Origin: Eledone cirrhosa
Lineage: Eukaryota
DNA length: 64,000 nt
Assembly (NCBI GenBank): GCA_964016885.1
Contig: OZ024746.1
Span: forward strand, 52,762,001-52,826,000
Reading direction: 5' to 3'
The notes beneath the pieces were generated by a model that was not told where the DNA came from, did no database searches, and was given only the letters and a program-made list of their open reading frames with translations. A program made the position numbers and the translations under genes. Shown piece after piece: positions 1 through 13,500 of the stretch (within the stretch, counting starts at the first letter, position 1; each line of letters opens with the position of its first letter).

Positions 1-2136
1 CTAGTGGTTGCTGTGATGGTAGTGTTTTTGTTGTTATTGTAGTTAGTGGTTTCTGTGATGGTAGTGTTGTTGTTGTTGTTATTGTAGTTAGAGGTTGCTG
101 TGATGGTAGTGTTGTTGTTGTTGTTATTGTAGTTAGTGGTTGCTGAGATAATAGTGTTGTTGTTGTTGTTATTGTAGTTAGTGGTTGCTGAGATGGTAGT
201 GTTGTTGTTGTTGTTATTGTAGTTAGTGGTTGCTGAGATGGTAGTGTTGTTGTTGTTGTTATTGTAGTTAGTGGTTTCTGTGATGGTAGTGTTGTTGTTG
301 TTGTTATTGTAGTTAGTGGTTGCTGTGATGGTAGTGTTGTTGTTGTTATTGTAGTTAGTGGTTGCTGAGATGGTAGTCTTGTTGTTGTTGTTATTGTAGT
401 TAGTGGTTGCTGAGATGGTAGTGTTGTTGTTGCTGTTATTGTAGTTAGTGGTTTCTGTGATGGTAGTGTTGTTGTTGTTGTTATTGTAGTTAGTGGTTGC
501 TGTGATGGTAGTGTTGTTGTTGTTATTCTAGTTAGTGGTTGCTGTGATGGTAGTGTTGTTGTTGTTGTTATTGTAGTTAGTGGTTTCTGTGATGGTAGTG
601 TTGTTGTTGTTATTGTAGTTAGTGGTTGCTGAGATGGTAGTGTTGTTGTTGTGGTTATTGTAGTTAGTGGTTGCTGAGATGGTAGTGTTGTTGTTGTTAT
701 TGTAGCTAGTGGTTGCTGTGATGGTAGTTTTGTTGTTGTTATTGTAGTTAGAGGTTGCTGTGATGGTAGTGTTGTTGTTGTTATTCTAGTTAGTGGTTGC
801 TGTGATGGTAGTGTTGTTGTTGTGGTTATTGTAGTTAGTGGTTGCTATGATGGTAGTGATGTTGTTGTTATTGTAGCTAGTGGTTGCTGTGTTGGTAGTG
901 TTGTTGTTGTTATTGTAGTTAGTGGTTGCTATGATGGTAGTGATGTTGTTGTTATTGTAGCTAGTGGTTGCTGTGTTGGTAGTGTTGTTGTTGTTATTGT
1001 AGTTAGTGGTTGCTATGCTGGTAGTGTTGTTGTTGTTATTGTAGCTAGTGGTTGCTGTGATGGTAGTGTTTTTGTTGTTATTGTAGTTAGTGGTTTCTGT
1101 GATGGTAGTGTTGTTGTTGTTGTTATTGTAGTTAGAGGTTGCTGAGATGGTAGTGTTGTTGTTGTTGTTATTGTAGTTAGTGGTTTCTGTGATGGTAGTG
1201 TTGTTGTTGTTATTGTAGTTAGTGGTTGCTGAGATGGTAGTGTTGTTGTTGTTGTTATTGTAGTGAGAGGTTGCTGTGATGGTAGTGTTGTTGTTGTTGT
1301 TATTGTAGTTAGTGGTTTCTGTGATGGTAGTGTTGTTGTTGTTATTGTAGTTATTGTTTGCTGAGATAGTAGTGTTGTTGTTGTTATTGTAGTTAGTGGT
1401 TTCTGTGATGGTAGTGTTGTTGTTGTTGTTATTGTAGTTAGTGGTTGCTGTGATGGTAGTGTTGTTGTTGTTATTGTAGTTAGTGGTTGCTGAGATGGTA
1501 GTGTTGTTGTTGTTGTTATAGGTAGTTAGTGGTTGCTGAGATGGTAGTGTTGTTGTTGTTGTTATTGTAGTTAGTGGTTTCTGTGATGGTAGTGTTGTTG
1601 TTGTTGTTATTGTAGTTAAAGGTTGCTGTGATGGTAGTGTTGTTGTTGTTATTCTAGTTAGTGGTTGCTGTGATGGTAGTGTTGTTGTTGTTGTTATTGT
1701 AGTTAGTGGTTTCTGTGATGGTAGTGTTGTTGTTGTTATTGTAGTTAGTGGTTGCTGTGATGGTAGTGTTGTTGTTGTTGTTATTCTAGTTAGTGGTTTC
1801 TGTGATGGTAGTGTTGTTGTTGTTATTGTAGTTAGTGGTTGCTGAGATGGTTGTGTTGTTGTTGTTATTGTAGTTAGTGGTTGCTGAGATGGTAGTGTTG
1901 TTGTTGTTGTTATTGTAGTTAGTGGTTGCTGTGATGGTAGTGTTGTTGTTGATATTGTAGTTAGTGGTTGCTGAGATGGTAGTGTTGTTGTTGTTGTTAT
2001 TGTAGTTAGTGGTTGCAGAGATGGTAGTGTTGTTGTTGTTGTTATTCTAGTTAGTGGTTGCTGTGATGGTAGTGTTGTTGTTGTTGTTATTGTAGTTAGT
2101 GGTTTTTGTGATGGTAGTGTTGTTGTTGTTGTTACT

Positions 2137-4530
2137 CTAGTTAGTGCTTGCTGTGATGGTAGTGTTGTTGTTGTTGTTATTGTAGTTAGTGGTTTCTGTG
2201 ATGGTAGTGTTGTTGTTGTTATTGTAGTTAGTGGTTGCTGAGATGGTAGTGTTTTTGTTGTTGTTATTGTAGTTAGTGGTTGCTGAGATAATAGTGTTGT
2301 TGTTGTTATTGTAGTTAGTGGTTGCTGAGATGGTAGTGTTGTTGTTGTTGTTGTTATTGTAGTTAGTGGTTGCTGAGATGGTAGTGTTGTCGTTGTTGTT
2401 ATTGTAGTTAGTTTTTTTCTGTGATGGTAGTGTTGTTGTTGTTGTTATTGTAGTTAGTGGTTGCTGAGATAATAGTGTTGTTGTTGTTATTGTAGTTAGT
2501 GGTTGCTGAGATGGTAGTGTTGTTGTTGTTGTTGTTATTGTAGTTAGTGGTTGCTGAGATGGTAGTGTTGTCGTTGTTGTTATTGTAGTTAGTGGTTGCT
2601 GTGATGGTAGTGTTGTTGTTGTTGTTATTGTAGTTAGAGGTTGCTGAGATGGTAGTGTTGTCGTTGTTGTTATTGTAGTTAGTGGTTGCTGAGATGGTAG
2701 TGTTGTTGTTGTTGTTATTGTAGTTAGAGGTTGCTGAGATGGTAGTGTTGTTGTTGTTATTCTAGTTAGTGGTTGCTGTGATGGTAGTGTTGTTGTTATT
2801 ATTGTAGTTAGAGGTTGCTGAGATGGTAGTGTTGTTGTTGTTATTCTAGTTAGTGGTTGCTGTGATGGTAGTGTTGTTGTTGTTGTTATTGTAGTTAGTG
2901 GTTTCTGTGATGGTAGTGTTGTTGTTGTTGTTACTATAGTTAGTGGTTTCTGTGATGGTAGTGTTGTTGTTGTTATTCTAGTTAGTGGTTGCTGTGATGG
3001 TAGTGTTGTTGTTATTATTGTAGTTAGAGCTTGCTGAGATGGTAGTGTTGTTGTTGTTGTTATTGTAGTTAGAGGTTGCTGTGATGGTAGTGTTGTTGTT
3101 GTTGTTATTGTAGTTAGTGGTTTCTGTGATGGTAGTGTTGTTGTTGTTGTTATTGTAGTTAGTGGTTGCTGAGATAATAGTGTTGTTGTTGTTGTTATTG
3201 TAGTTAGTGGTTGCTGAGATGGTAGTGTTGTTGTTGTTGTTATTGTAGTTAGTGGTTGCTGAGATGGTAGTGTTGTTGTTGTTGTTATTGTAGTTAGTGG
3301 TTTTTGTGATGGTAGTGTTGTTGTTGTTGTTATTGTAGTTAGTGGTTGCTGAGATGGTAGTGTTGTTGTTGTTGTTATTGTAGTTAGTGGTTTTTGTGAT
3401 GGTAGTGTTGTTGTTGTTGTTATTGTAGTTAGTGGTTGCTGTGATGGTAGTGTTGTTGTTGTTATTGTAGTTAGTGGTTGCTGAGATGGTAGTGTTGTTG
3501 TTGTTGTTATTGTAGTTAGTGGTTTTTGTGATGGTAGTGTTGTTGTTGTTGTTATTGTAGTTAGTGGTTGCTGTGATGGTAGTGTTGTTGTTGTTATTGT
3601 AGTTAGTGGTTGCTGAGATGGTAGTGTTGTTGTTGTTATTGTAGTTAGAGGTTGCTGTGATGGTAGTGTTGTTGTTGTTGTTATTGTAGTCAGTGGTTGC
3701 TGAGATAATAGTGTTGTTGTTGTTGTTATTGTAGTTAGTGGTTGCTGAGATGGTAGTGTTGTTGTTGTTATTGTAGTTAGTGGTTGCTGAGATGGTAGTG
3801 TTGTTGTTGTTGTTATTGTAGTTAGTGGTTTCTGTGATGGTAGTGTTGTTGTTGTTGTTGTTATTGTAGTTAGTGGTTGCTGAGATAATAGTGTTGTTGT
3901 TGTTGTTATTGTAGTTAGTGGTTGCTGAGATGGTAGTGTTGTTGTTGTTGTTATCGTAGTTAGTGGTTTCTGTGATGGTAGTGTTGTTGTTGTTGTTATT
4001 GTAGTTAGTGGTTGCTGTGATGGTAGTGTTGTTGTTGTTATTGTAGTTAGTGGTTTCTGTGATGGTAGTGTTGTTGTTGTTGTTATTGTAGTTAGTGGTT
4101 GCTGAGATAATAGTGTTGTTGTTGTTGTTATTGTAGTTAGTGGTTGCTGAGATGGTAGTGTTGTTGTTGTTGTTATTGTAGTTAGTGGTTGCTGAGATGG
4201 TAGTGTTGTTGTTGTTGTTATTGTAGTTAGTGGTTTCTGTGATGGTAGTGTTGTTGTTGTTGTTATTGTAGTTAGTGGTTGCTGTGATGGTAGTGTTGTT
4301 GTTGTTATTGTAGTTAGTGGTTGCTGAGATGGTAGTCTTGTTGTTGTTGTTATTGTAGTTAGTGGTTGCTGAGATGGTAGTGTTGTTGTTGCTGTTATTG
4401 TAGTTAGTGGTTTCTGTGATGGTAGTGTTGTTGTTGTTGTTATTGTAGTTAGTGGTTGCTGTGATGGTAGTGTTGTTGTTGTTATTCTAGTTAGTGGTTG
4501 CTGTGATGGTAGTGTTGTTGTTGTTGGCAT
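2137..4530 (-). CDS. Doubtful 797-aa Thr-rich mucin-like repeat ORF (probably incidental)
   Basis: From the ORF track. The ATG arises from a private GTT>GGC change in one monomer (4526-4530). There is no signal peptide or non-repeat domain, and the last ~90 aa result from a +1 frameshift at ~2411. Confidence 0.1.
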   Translation of the reverse strand: MPTTTTLPSQQPLTRITTTTLPSQQPLTTITTTTTLPSQKPLTTITATTTLPSQQPLTTITTTTRLPSQQPLTTITTTTLPSQQPLTTITTTTTLPSQKPLTTITTTTTLPSQQPLTTITTTTTLPSQQPLTTITTTTTLLSQQPLTTITTTTTLPSQKPLTTITTTTLPSQQPLTTITTTTTLPSQKPLTTITTTTTLPSQQPLTTITTTTTLLSQQPLTTITTTTTTLPSQKPLTTITTTTTLPSQQPLTTITTTTLPSQQPLTTITTTTTLLSQQPLTTITTTTTLPSQQPLTTITTTTLPSQQPLTTITTTTLPSQQPLTTITTTTTLPSQKPLTTITTTTTLPSQQPLTTITTTTLPSQQPLTTITTTTTLPSQKPLTTITTTTTLPSQQPLTTITTTTTLPSQKPLTTITTTTTLPSQQPLTTITTTTTLPSQQPLTTITTTTTLLSQQPLTTITTTTTLPSQKPLTTITTTTTLPSQQPLTTITTTTTLPSQQALTTIITTTLPSQQPLTRITTTTLPSQKPLTIVTTTTTLPSQKPLTTITTTTTLPSQQPLTRITTTTLPSQQPLTTIITTTLPSQQPLTRITTTTLPSQQPLTTITTTTTLPSQQPLTTITTTTTLPSQQPLTTITTTTTLPSQQPLTTITTTTTLPSQQPLTTITTTTTTLPSQQPLTTITTTTLLSQQPLTTITTTTTLPSQKKTNYNNNNDNTTISATTNYNNNNNNNTTISATTNYNNNNNTIISATTNYNNNNKNTTISATTNYNNNNNTTITETTNYNNNNNNTTITASTN

Positions 4531-7500
4531 TGTAGTTAGTGGTTTCTGTGATGGTAGTGTTGTTGTTGTTATTGTAGTTAGTGGTTGCTGAGATGGTAGT
4601 GTTGTTGTTGTGGTTATTGTAGTTAGTGGTTGCTGAGATGGTAGTGTTGTTGTTGTTATTGTAGCTAGTGGTTGCTGTGATGGTAGTTTTGTTGTTGTTA
4701 TTGTAGTTAGTGGTTGCTATGATGGTAGTGATGTTGTTGTTATTGTAGCTAGTGGTTGATGTGTTGGTAGTGTTGTTGTTGTTATTGTAGTTAGTGGTTG
4801 CTATGCTGGTAGTGTTGTTGTTGTTATTGTAGCTAGTGGTTGCTGTGATGGTAGTGTTTTTGTTGTTATTGTAGTTAGTGGTTTCTGTGATGGTAGTGTT
4901 GTTGTTGTTGTTATTGTAGTTAGAGGTTGCTGTGATGGTAGTGTTGTTGTTGTTGTTATTGTAGTTAGTGGTTTCTGTGATAGTAGTGTTGTTGTTGTTA
5001 TTGTAGTTAGTGTTTGCTGAGATGGTAGTGTTGTTGTTGTTGTTATTGTAGTTAGTGGTTTCTGTGATGGTAGTGTTGTTGTTGTTGTTATTGTAGTTAG
5101 TGGTTGCTGTGATGGTAGTGTTGTTGTTGTTATTGTAGTTAGTGGTTGCTGAGATGGTAGTGTTGTTGTTGTTGTTATAGGTAGTTAGTGGTTGCTGAGA
5201 TGGTAGTGTTGTTGTTGTTGTTATTGTAGTTAGTGGTTTCTGTGATGGTAGTGTTGTTGTTGTTGTTATTGTAGTTAAAGGTTGCTGTGATGGTAGTGTT
5301 GTTGTTGTTATTCTAGTTAGTGGTTGCTGTGATGGTAGTGTTGTTGTTGTTGTTATTGTAGTTAGTGGTTTCTGTGATGGTAGTGTTGTTGTTGTTATTG
5401 TAGTTAGTGGTTGCTGAGATGGTTGTGTTGTTGTTGTTATTGTAGTTAGTGATTGCTGAGATGGTAGTGTTGTTGTTGTTGTTATTGTAGTTAGAGTTTG
5501 CTGAGATGGTAGTATTGTTGTTGTTGTTATTGTAGTTAGTGGTTGCTGTGATGGTAGTGTTGTTGTTGTTGTTATTGTAGTTAGTGGTTGCTTTGATGGT
5601 AGTGTTGTTGTTGTTATTGTAGTTAGTGGTTGCTGAGATGGTAGTGTTGTTGTTGTTGTTATTGTAGTTAGTGGTTGCAGAGATGGTAGTGTTGTTGTTG
5701 TTGTTATTCTAGTTAGCGGTTGCTGTGATGGTAGTGTTGTTGTTGTTGTTATTGTAGTTAGTGGTTTTTGTGATGGTAGTGTTGTTGTTGTTGTTATTCT
5801 AGTTAGTGCTTGCTGTGATGGTAGTGTTGTTGTTGTTGTTATTGTAGTTAGTGGTTTCTGTGATGGTAGTGTTGTTGTTGTTATTGTAGTTAGTGGTTGC
5901 TGAGATGGTAGTGTTGTTGTTGTTGTTATTGTAGTTAGAGGTTGCTGTGATGGTAGTGTTGTTGTTGTTGTTATTGTAGTTAGTCGTTTCTGTGATGGTA
6001 GTGTTGTTGTTGTTGTTATTGTAGTTAGTGGTTTCTGTGATGGTAGTGTTGTTGTTGTTATTCTAGTTAGTGGTTGCTGAGATGGTAGTGTTGTTGTTGT
6101 TGTTATTGTAGTTAGTGGTTTTTGTGATGGTAGTGTTGTTGTTGTTGTTGTTATTGTAGTTAGTGGTTGCTGAGATAATAGTGTTGTTGTTGTTGTTATT
6201 GTAGTTAGTGGTTGCTGAGATGGTAGTGTTGTTGTTGTTGTTATCGTAGTTAGTGGTTTCTGTGATGGTAGTGTTGTTGTTGTTGTTATTGTAGTTAGTG
6301 GTTGCTGAGATAATAGTGTTGTTGTTGTTGTTATTGTAGTTAGTGGTTGCTGGGATGGTAGTGTTGTTGTTGTTGTTATTGTAGTTAGTGGTTGCTGAGA
6401 TGGTAGTGTTGTTGTTGTTGTTATTGTAGTTAGTGGTTTCTGTGATGGTAGTGTTGTTGTTGTTGTTATTGTAGTTAGTGGTTGCTGTGATGGTAGTGTT
6501 GTTGTTGTTATTGTAGTTAGTGGTTGCTGAGATGGTAGTCTTGTTGTTGTTGTTATTGTAGTTAGTGGTTGCTGAGATGGTAGTGTTGTTGTTGCTGTTA
6601 TTGTAGTTAGTGGTTTCTGTGATGGTAGTGTTGTTGTTGTTGTTATTGTAGTTAGTGGTTGCTGTGATGGTAGTGTTGTTGTTGTTATTCTAGTTAGTGG
6701 TTGCTGTGATGGTAGTGTTGTTGTTGTTGTTATTGTAGTTAGTGGTTTCTGTGATGGTAGTGTTGTTGTTGTTATTGTAGTTAGTGGTTGCTGAGATGGT
6801 AGTGTTGTTGTTGTGGTTATTGTAGTTAGTGGTTGCTGAGATGGTAGTGTTGTTGTTGTTATTGTAGCTAGTGGTTGCTGTGATGGTAGTTTTGTTGTTG
6901 TTATTGTAGTTAGTGGTTGCTATGATGGTAGTGATGTTGTTGTTATTGTAGCTAGTGGTTGCTGTGTTGGTAGTGTTGTTGTTGTTATTGTAGTTAGTGG
7001 TTGCTATGCTGGTAGTGTTGTTGTTGTTATTGTAGCTAGTGGTTGCTGTGATGGTAGTGTTTTTGTTGTTATTGTAGTTAGTGGTTTCTGTGATGGTAGT
7101 GTTGTTGTTGTTGTTATTGTAGTTAGAGGTTGCTGAGATGGTAGTGTTGTTGTTGTTGTTATTGTAGTTAGTGGTTTCTGTGATGGTAGTGTTGTTGTTG
7201 TTATTGTAGTTATTGTTTGCTGAGATGGTAGTGTTGTTGTTGTTATTGTAGTTAGTGGTTTCTGTGATGGTAGTGTTGTTGTTGTTGTTATTGTAGTTAG
7301 TGGTTGCTGTGATGGTAGTGTTGTTGTTGTTATTCTAGTTAGTGGTTGCTGTGATGGTAGTGTTGTTGTTGTTGTTATTGTAGTTAGAGGTTGCTGTGAT
7401 GGTAGTGTTGTTGTTGTTGTTATTGTAGTTAGTGGTTTCTGTGATGGTAGTGTTGTTGTTGTTATTGTAGTTATTGTTTGCTGAGATGGTAGTGTTGTTG

Positions 7501-10500
7501 TTGTTATTGTAGTTAGTGGTTTCTGTGATGGTAGTGTTGTTGTTGTTGTTATTGTAGTTAGTGGTTGCTGTGATGGTAGTGTTGTTGTTGTTATTCTAGT
7601 TAGTGGTTGCTGTGATGGTAGTGTTGTTGTTGTTGTTATTGTAGTTAGTGGTTTCTGTGATGGTAGTGTTGTTGTTGTTATTGTAGTTAGTGGTTGCTGA
7701 GATGGTAGTGTTGTTGTTGTTGATATTGTAGTTAGAGGTTGCTTTGATGGTAGTGTTGTTGTTGTTATTGTAGTTAGTGGTTGCTGAGATGGTAGTGTTG
7801 TTGTTGTTGTTATTGTAGTTAGTGGTTGCAGAGATGGTAGTGTTGTTGTTGTTGTTATTGTAGTTAGTGGTTGCTGAGATGGTAGTGTTGTTGTTGTTAT
7901 TGTAGCTAGTGGTTGCTGTGATGGTAGTTTTGTTGTTGTTATTGTAGTTAGTGGTTGCTATGATGGTAGTGATGTTGTTGTTATTGTAGCTAGTGGTTGC
8001 TGTGTTGGTAGTGTTGTTGTTGTTATTGTAGTTAGTGGTTGCTATGCTGGTAGTGTTGTTGTTGTTATTGTAGCTAGTGGTTGCTGTGATGGTAGTGTTT
8101 TTGTTGTTATTGTAGTTAGTGGTTTCTGTGATGGTAGTGTTGTTGTTGTTGTTATTGTAGTTAGAGGTTGCTGTGATGGTAGTGTTGTTGTTGTTGTTAT
8201 TGTAGTTAGTGGTTTCTGTGATGGTAGTGTTGTTGTTGTTATTGTAGTTAGTGTTTGCTGAGATGGTAGTGTTGTTGTTGTTGTTATTGTAGTTAGTGGT
8301 TTCTGTGATGGTAGTGTTGTTGTTGTTGTTATTGTAGTTAGTGGTTGCTGTGATGGTAGTGTTGTTGTTGTTATTGTAGTTAGTGGTTGCTGAGATGGTA
8401 GTGTTGTTGTTGTTGTTATAGGTAGTTAGTGGTTGCTGAGATGGTAGTGTTGTTGTTGTTGTTATTGTAGTTAGTGGTTTCTGTGATGGTAGTGTTGTTG
8501 TTGTTGTTATTGTAGTTAAAGGTTGCTGTGATGGTAGTGTTGTTGTTGTTATTCTAGTTAGTGGTTTTTGTGATGGTAGTGTTGTTGTTGTTGTTGTTAT
8601 TGTAGTTAGTGGTTGCTGAGATAATAGTGTTGTTGTTGTTGTTATTGTAGTTAGTGGTTGCTGAGATGGTTGTGTTGTTGTTGTTGTTATTGTAGTTAGA
8701 GTTTGCTGAGATGGTAGTATTGTTGTTGTTGTTATTGTAGTTAGTGGTTGCTGTGATGGTAGTGTTGTTGTTGTTGTTATTGTAGTTAGTGGTTGCTTTG
8801 ATGGTAGTGTTGTTGTTGTTATTGTAGTTAGTGGTTGCTGAGATGGTAGTGTTGTTGTTGTTGTTATTGTAGTTAGTGGTTGCAGAGATGGTAGTGTTGT
8901 TGTTGTTGTTATTCTAGTTAGTGGTTGCTGTGATGGTAGTGTTGTTGTTGTTGTTATTGTAGTTAGTGGTTTTTGTGATGGTAGTGTTGTTGTTGTTGTT
9001 ATTCTAGTTAGTGCTTGCTGTGATGGTAGTGTTGTTGTTGTTGTTATTGTAGTTAGTGGTTTCTGTGATGGTAGTGTTGTTGTTGTTATTGTAGTTAGTG
9101 GTTGCTGAGATGGTAGTGTTGTTGTTGTTGATATTGTAGTTAGAGGTTGCTGTGATGGTAGTGTTGTTGTTGTTGTTATTGTAGTTAGTCGTTTCTGTGA
9201 TGGTAGTGTTGTTGTTGTTGTTATTGTAGTTAGTGGTTTCTGTGATGGTAGTGTTGTTGTTGTTATTCTAGTTAGTGGTTGCTGAGATGGTAGTGTTGTT
9301 GTTGTTGTTATTGTAGTTAGTGGTTTTTGTGATGGTAGTGTTGTTGTTGTTGTTATTGTAGTTAGTGGTTGCTGTGATGGTAGTGTTGTTGTTGTTATTG
9401 TAGTTAGTGGTTGCTGAGATGGTAGTGTTGTTGTTGTTGTTATTGTAGTTAGAGGTTGCTGTGATGGTAGTGTTGTTGTTGTTGTTATTGTAGTCAGTGG
9501 TTGCTGAGATAATAGTGTTGTTGTTGTTGTTATTGTAGTTAGTGGTTGCTGAGATCGTAGTGTTGTTGTTGTTATTGTAGTTAGTGGTTGCTGAGATGGT
9601 AGTGTTGTTGTTGTTGTTATTGTAGTTAGTGGTTGCTGAGATAATAGTGTTGTTGTTGTTGTTATTGTAGTTAGTGGTTGCTGAGATCGTAGTGTTGTTG
9701 TTGTTATTGTAGTTAGTGGTTTCTGTGATGGTAGTGTTGTTGTTGTTGTTGTTATTGTAGTTAGTGGTTGCTGAGATAATAGTGTTGTTGTTGTTGTTAT
9801 TGTAGTTAGTGGTTGCTGAGATGGTAGTGTTGTTGTTGTTGTTATCGTAGTTAGTGGTTTCTGTGATGGTAGTGTTGTTGTTGTTGTTATTGTAGTTAGT
9901 GGTTGCTGAGATAATAGTGTTGTTGTTGTTGTTATTGTAGTTAGTGGTTGCTGAGATGGTAGTGTTGTTGTTGTTGTTATTGTAGTTAGTGGTTTCTGTG
10001 ATGGTAGTGTTGTTGTTGTTGTTATTGTAGTTAGTGGTTGCTGTGATGGTAGTGTTGTTGTTGTTATTGTAGTTAGTGGTTGCTGAGATGGTAGTCTTGT
10101 TGTTGTTGTTATTGTAGTTAGTGGTTGCTGAGATGGTAGTGTTGTTGTTGCTGTTATTGTAGTTAGTGGTTTCTGTGATGGTAGTGTTGTTGTTGTTGTT
10201 ATTGTAGTTAGTGGTTGCTGTGATGGTAGTGTTGTTGTTGTTATTCTAGTTAGTGGTTGCTGTGATGGTAGTGTTGTTGTTGTTGTTATTGTAGTTAGTG
10301 GTTTCTGTGATGGTAGTGTTGTTGTTGTTATTGTAGTTAGTGGTTGCTGAGATGGTAGTGTTGTTGTTGTGGTTATTGTAGTTAGTGGTTGCTGAGATGG
10401 TAGTGTTGTTGTTGTTATTGTAGCTAGTGGTTGCTGTGATGGTAGTTTTGTTGTTGTTATTGTAGTTAGTGGTTGCTATGATGGTAGTGATGTTGTTGTT

Positions 10501-13500
10501 ATTGTAGCTAGTGGTTGCTGTGTTGGTAGTGTTGTTGTTGTTATTGTAGTTAGTGGTTGCTATGCTGGTAGTGTTGTTGTTGTTATTGTAGCTAGTGGTT
10601 GCTGTGATGGTAGTGTTTTTGTTGTTATTGTAGTTAGTGGTTTCTGTGATGGTAGTGTTGTTGTTGTTGTTATTGTAGTTAGAAGTTGCTGAGATGGTAG
10701 TGTTGTTGTTGTTGTTATTGTAGTTAGTGGTTTCTGTGATGGTAGTGTTGTTGTTGTTATTGTAGTTAGTGGTTGCTGAGATGGTAGTGTTGTTGTTGTT
10801 GTTATTGTAGTTAGAGGTTGCTGTGATGGTAGTGTTGTTGTTGTTGTTATTGTAGTTAGTGGTTTCTGTGATGGTAGTGTTGTTGTTGTTATTGTAGTTA
10901 TTGTTTGCTGAGATGGTAGTGTTGTTGTTGTTATTGTAGTTAGTGGTTTCTGTGATGGTAGTGTTGTTGTTGTTGTTATTGTAGTTAGTGGTTGCTGTGA
11001 TGGTAGTGTTGTTGTTGTTATTGTAGTTAGTGGTTGCTGAGATGGTAGTGTTGTTGTTGTTGTTATAGGTAGTTAGTGGTTGCTGAGATGGTAGTGTTGT
11101 TGTTGTTGTTATTGTAGTTAGTGGTTTCTGTGATGGTAGTGTTGTTGTTGTTGTTATTGTAGTTAAAGGTTGCTGTGATGGTAGTGTTGTTGTTGTTATT
11201 CTAGTTAGTGGTTGCTGTGATGGTAGTGTTGTTGTTGTTGTTATTGTAGTTAGTGGTTTCTGTGATGGTAGTGTTGTTGTTGTTATTGTAGTTAGTGGTT
11301 GCTGAGATGGTTGTGTTGTTGTTGTTATTGTAGTTAGTGGTTGCTGAGATGGTAGTGTTGTTGTTGTTGTTATTGTAGTTAGAGTTTGCTGAGATGGTAG
11401 TATTGTTGTTGTTGTTATTGTAGTTAGTGGTTGCTGTGATGGTAGTGTTGTTGTTGTTGTTATTGTAGTTAGTGGTTGCTGTGATGGTAGTGTTGTTGTT
11501 GCTATTGTAGTTAGTGGTTGCTGAGATGGTAGTGTTGTTGTTGTTGTTATTGTAGTTAGTGGTTGCAGAGATGGTAGTGTTGTTGTTGTTGTTATTCTAG
11601 TTAGTGGTTGCTGTGATGGTAGTGTTGTTGTTGTTGTTATTGTAGTTAGTGGTTTTTGTGATGGTAGTGTTGTTGTTGTTGTTATTCTAGTTAGTGCTTG
11701 CTGTGATGGTAGTGTTGTTGTTGTTGTTATTGTAGTTAGTGGTTTCTGTGATGGTAGTGTTGTTGTTGTTATTGTAGTTAGTGGTTGCTGAGATGGTAGT
11801 GTTTTTGTTGTTGTTATTGTAGTTAGTGGTTGCTGTGATGGTAGTGTTGTTGTTGTTGTTATTGTAGTTAGTTTTTTTCTGTCATGGTAGTGTTGTTGTT
11901 GTTGTTATTGTAGTTAGTGGTTGCTGAGATAATAGTGTTGTTGTTGTTATTGTAGTTAGTGGTTGCTGAGATGGTAGTGTTGTTGTTGTTGTTGTTATTG
12001 TAGTTAGTGGTTGCTGAGATGGTAGTGTTGTCGTTGTTGTTATTGTAGTTAGTGGTTGCTGTGATGGTAGTGTTGTTGTTGTTGTTATTGTAGTTAGAGG
12101 TTGCTGAGATGGTAGTGTTGTCGTTGTTGTTATTGTAGTTAGTGGTTGCTGAGATGGTAGTGTTGTTGTTGTTGTTATTGTAGTTAGAGGTTGCTGAGAT
12201 GGTAGTGTTGTTGTTGTTATTCTAGTTAGTGGTTGCTGTGATGGTAGTGTTGTTGTTGTTGTTATTGTAGTTAGTGATTTCTGTGATGGTAGTGTTGTTG
12301 TTGTTGTTACTATAGTTAGTGGTTTCTGTGATGGTAGTGTTGTTGTTGTTATTCTAGTTAGTGGTTGCAGTGATGGTAGTGTTGTTGTTGTTATTGTAGT
12401 TAGTGGTTGCTGAGATGGTAGTGTTGTTGTTGTTGTTATTGTAGTTAGAGGTTGCTGTGATGGTAGTGTTGTTGTTGTTGTTATTGTAGTTAGTGGTTTC
12501 TGTGATGGTAGTGTTGTTGTTGTTGTTATTGTAGTTAGTGGTTGCTGAGATAATAGTGTTGTTGTTGTTGTTATTGTAGTTAGTGGTTGCTGAGATGGTA
12601 GTGTTGTTGTTGTTGTTATTGTAGTTAGTGGTTGCTGAGATGGTAGTGTTGTTGTTGTTGTTATTGTAGTTAGTGGTTTTTGTGATGGTAGTGTTGTTGT
12701 TGTTGTTATTGTAGTTAGTGGTTGCTGAGATGGTAGTGTTGTTGTTGTTGTTATTGTAGTTAGTGGTTTTTGTGATGGTAGTGTTGTTGTTGTTGTTATT
12801 GTAGTTAGTGGTTGCTGTGATGGTAGTGTTGTTGTTGTTATTGTAGTTAGTGGTTGCTGAGATGGTAGTGTTGTTGTTGTTGTTATTGTAGTTAGTGGTT
12901 TTTGTGATGGTAGTGTTGTTGTTGTTGTTATTGTAGTTAGTGGTTGCTGTGATGGTTGTGTTGTTGTTGTTATTGTAGTTAGTGGTTGCTGAGATGGTAG
13001 TGTTGTTGTTGTTATTGTAGTTAGAGGTTGCTGTGATGGTAGTGTTGTTGTTGTTGTTATTGTAGTCAGTGGTTGCTGAGATAATAGTGTTGTTGTTGTT
13101 GTTATTGTAGTTAGTGGTTGCTGAGATGGTAGTGTTGTTGTTGTTATTGTAGTTAGTGGTTGCTGAGATGGTAGTGTTGTTGTTGTTGTTATTGTAGTTA
13201 GTGGTTTCTGTGATGGTAGTGTTGTTGTTGTTGTTGTTATTGTAGTTAGTGGTTGCTGAGATAATAGTGTTGTTGTTGTTGTTATTGTAGTTAGTGGTTG
13301 CTGAGATGGTAGTGTTGTTGTTGTTGTTATCGTAGTTAGTGGTTTCTGTGATGGTAGTGTTGTTGTTGTTGTTATTGTAGTTAGTGGTTGCTGAGATAAT
13401 AGTGTTGTTGTTGTTGTTATTGTAGTTAGTGGTTGCTGAGATGGTAGTGTTGTTGTTGTTGTTATTGTAGTTAGTGGTTGCTGAGATGGTAGTGTTGTTG

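Noticed and set aside
822-1145. 107-aa Val/Cys-rich plus-strand ORF
   Set aside because: It is a chance run of monomers with TGT/TAT instead of TGA. The GTG start is a repeat variant, and there is no unique sequence or regulatory context.
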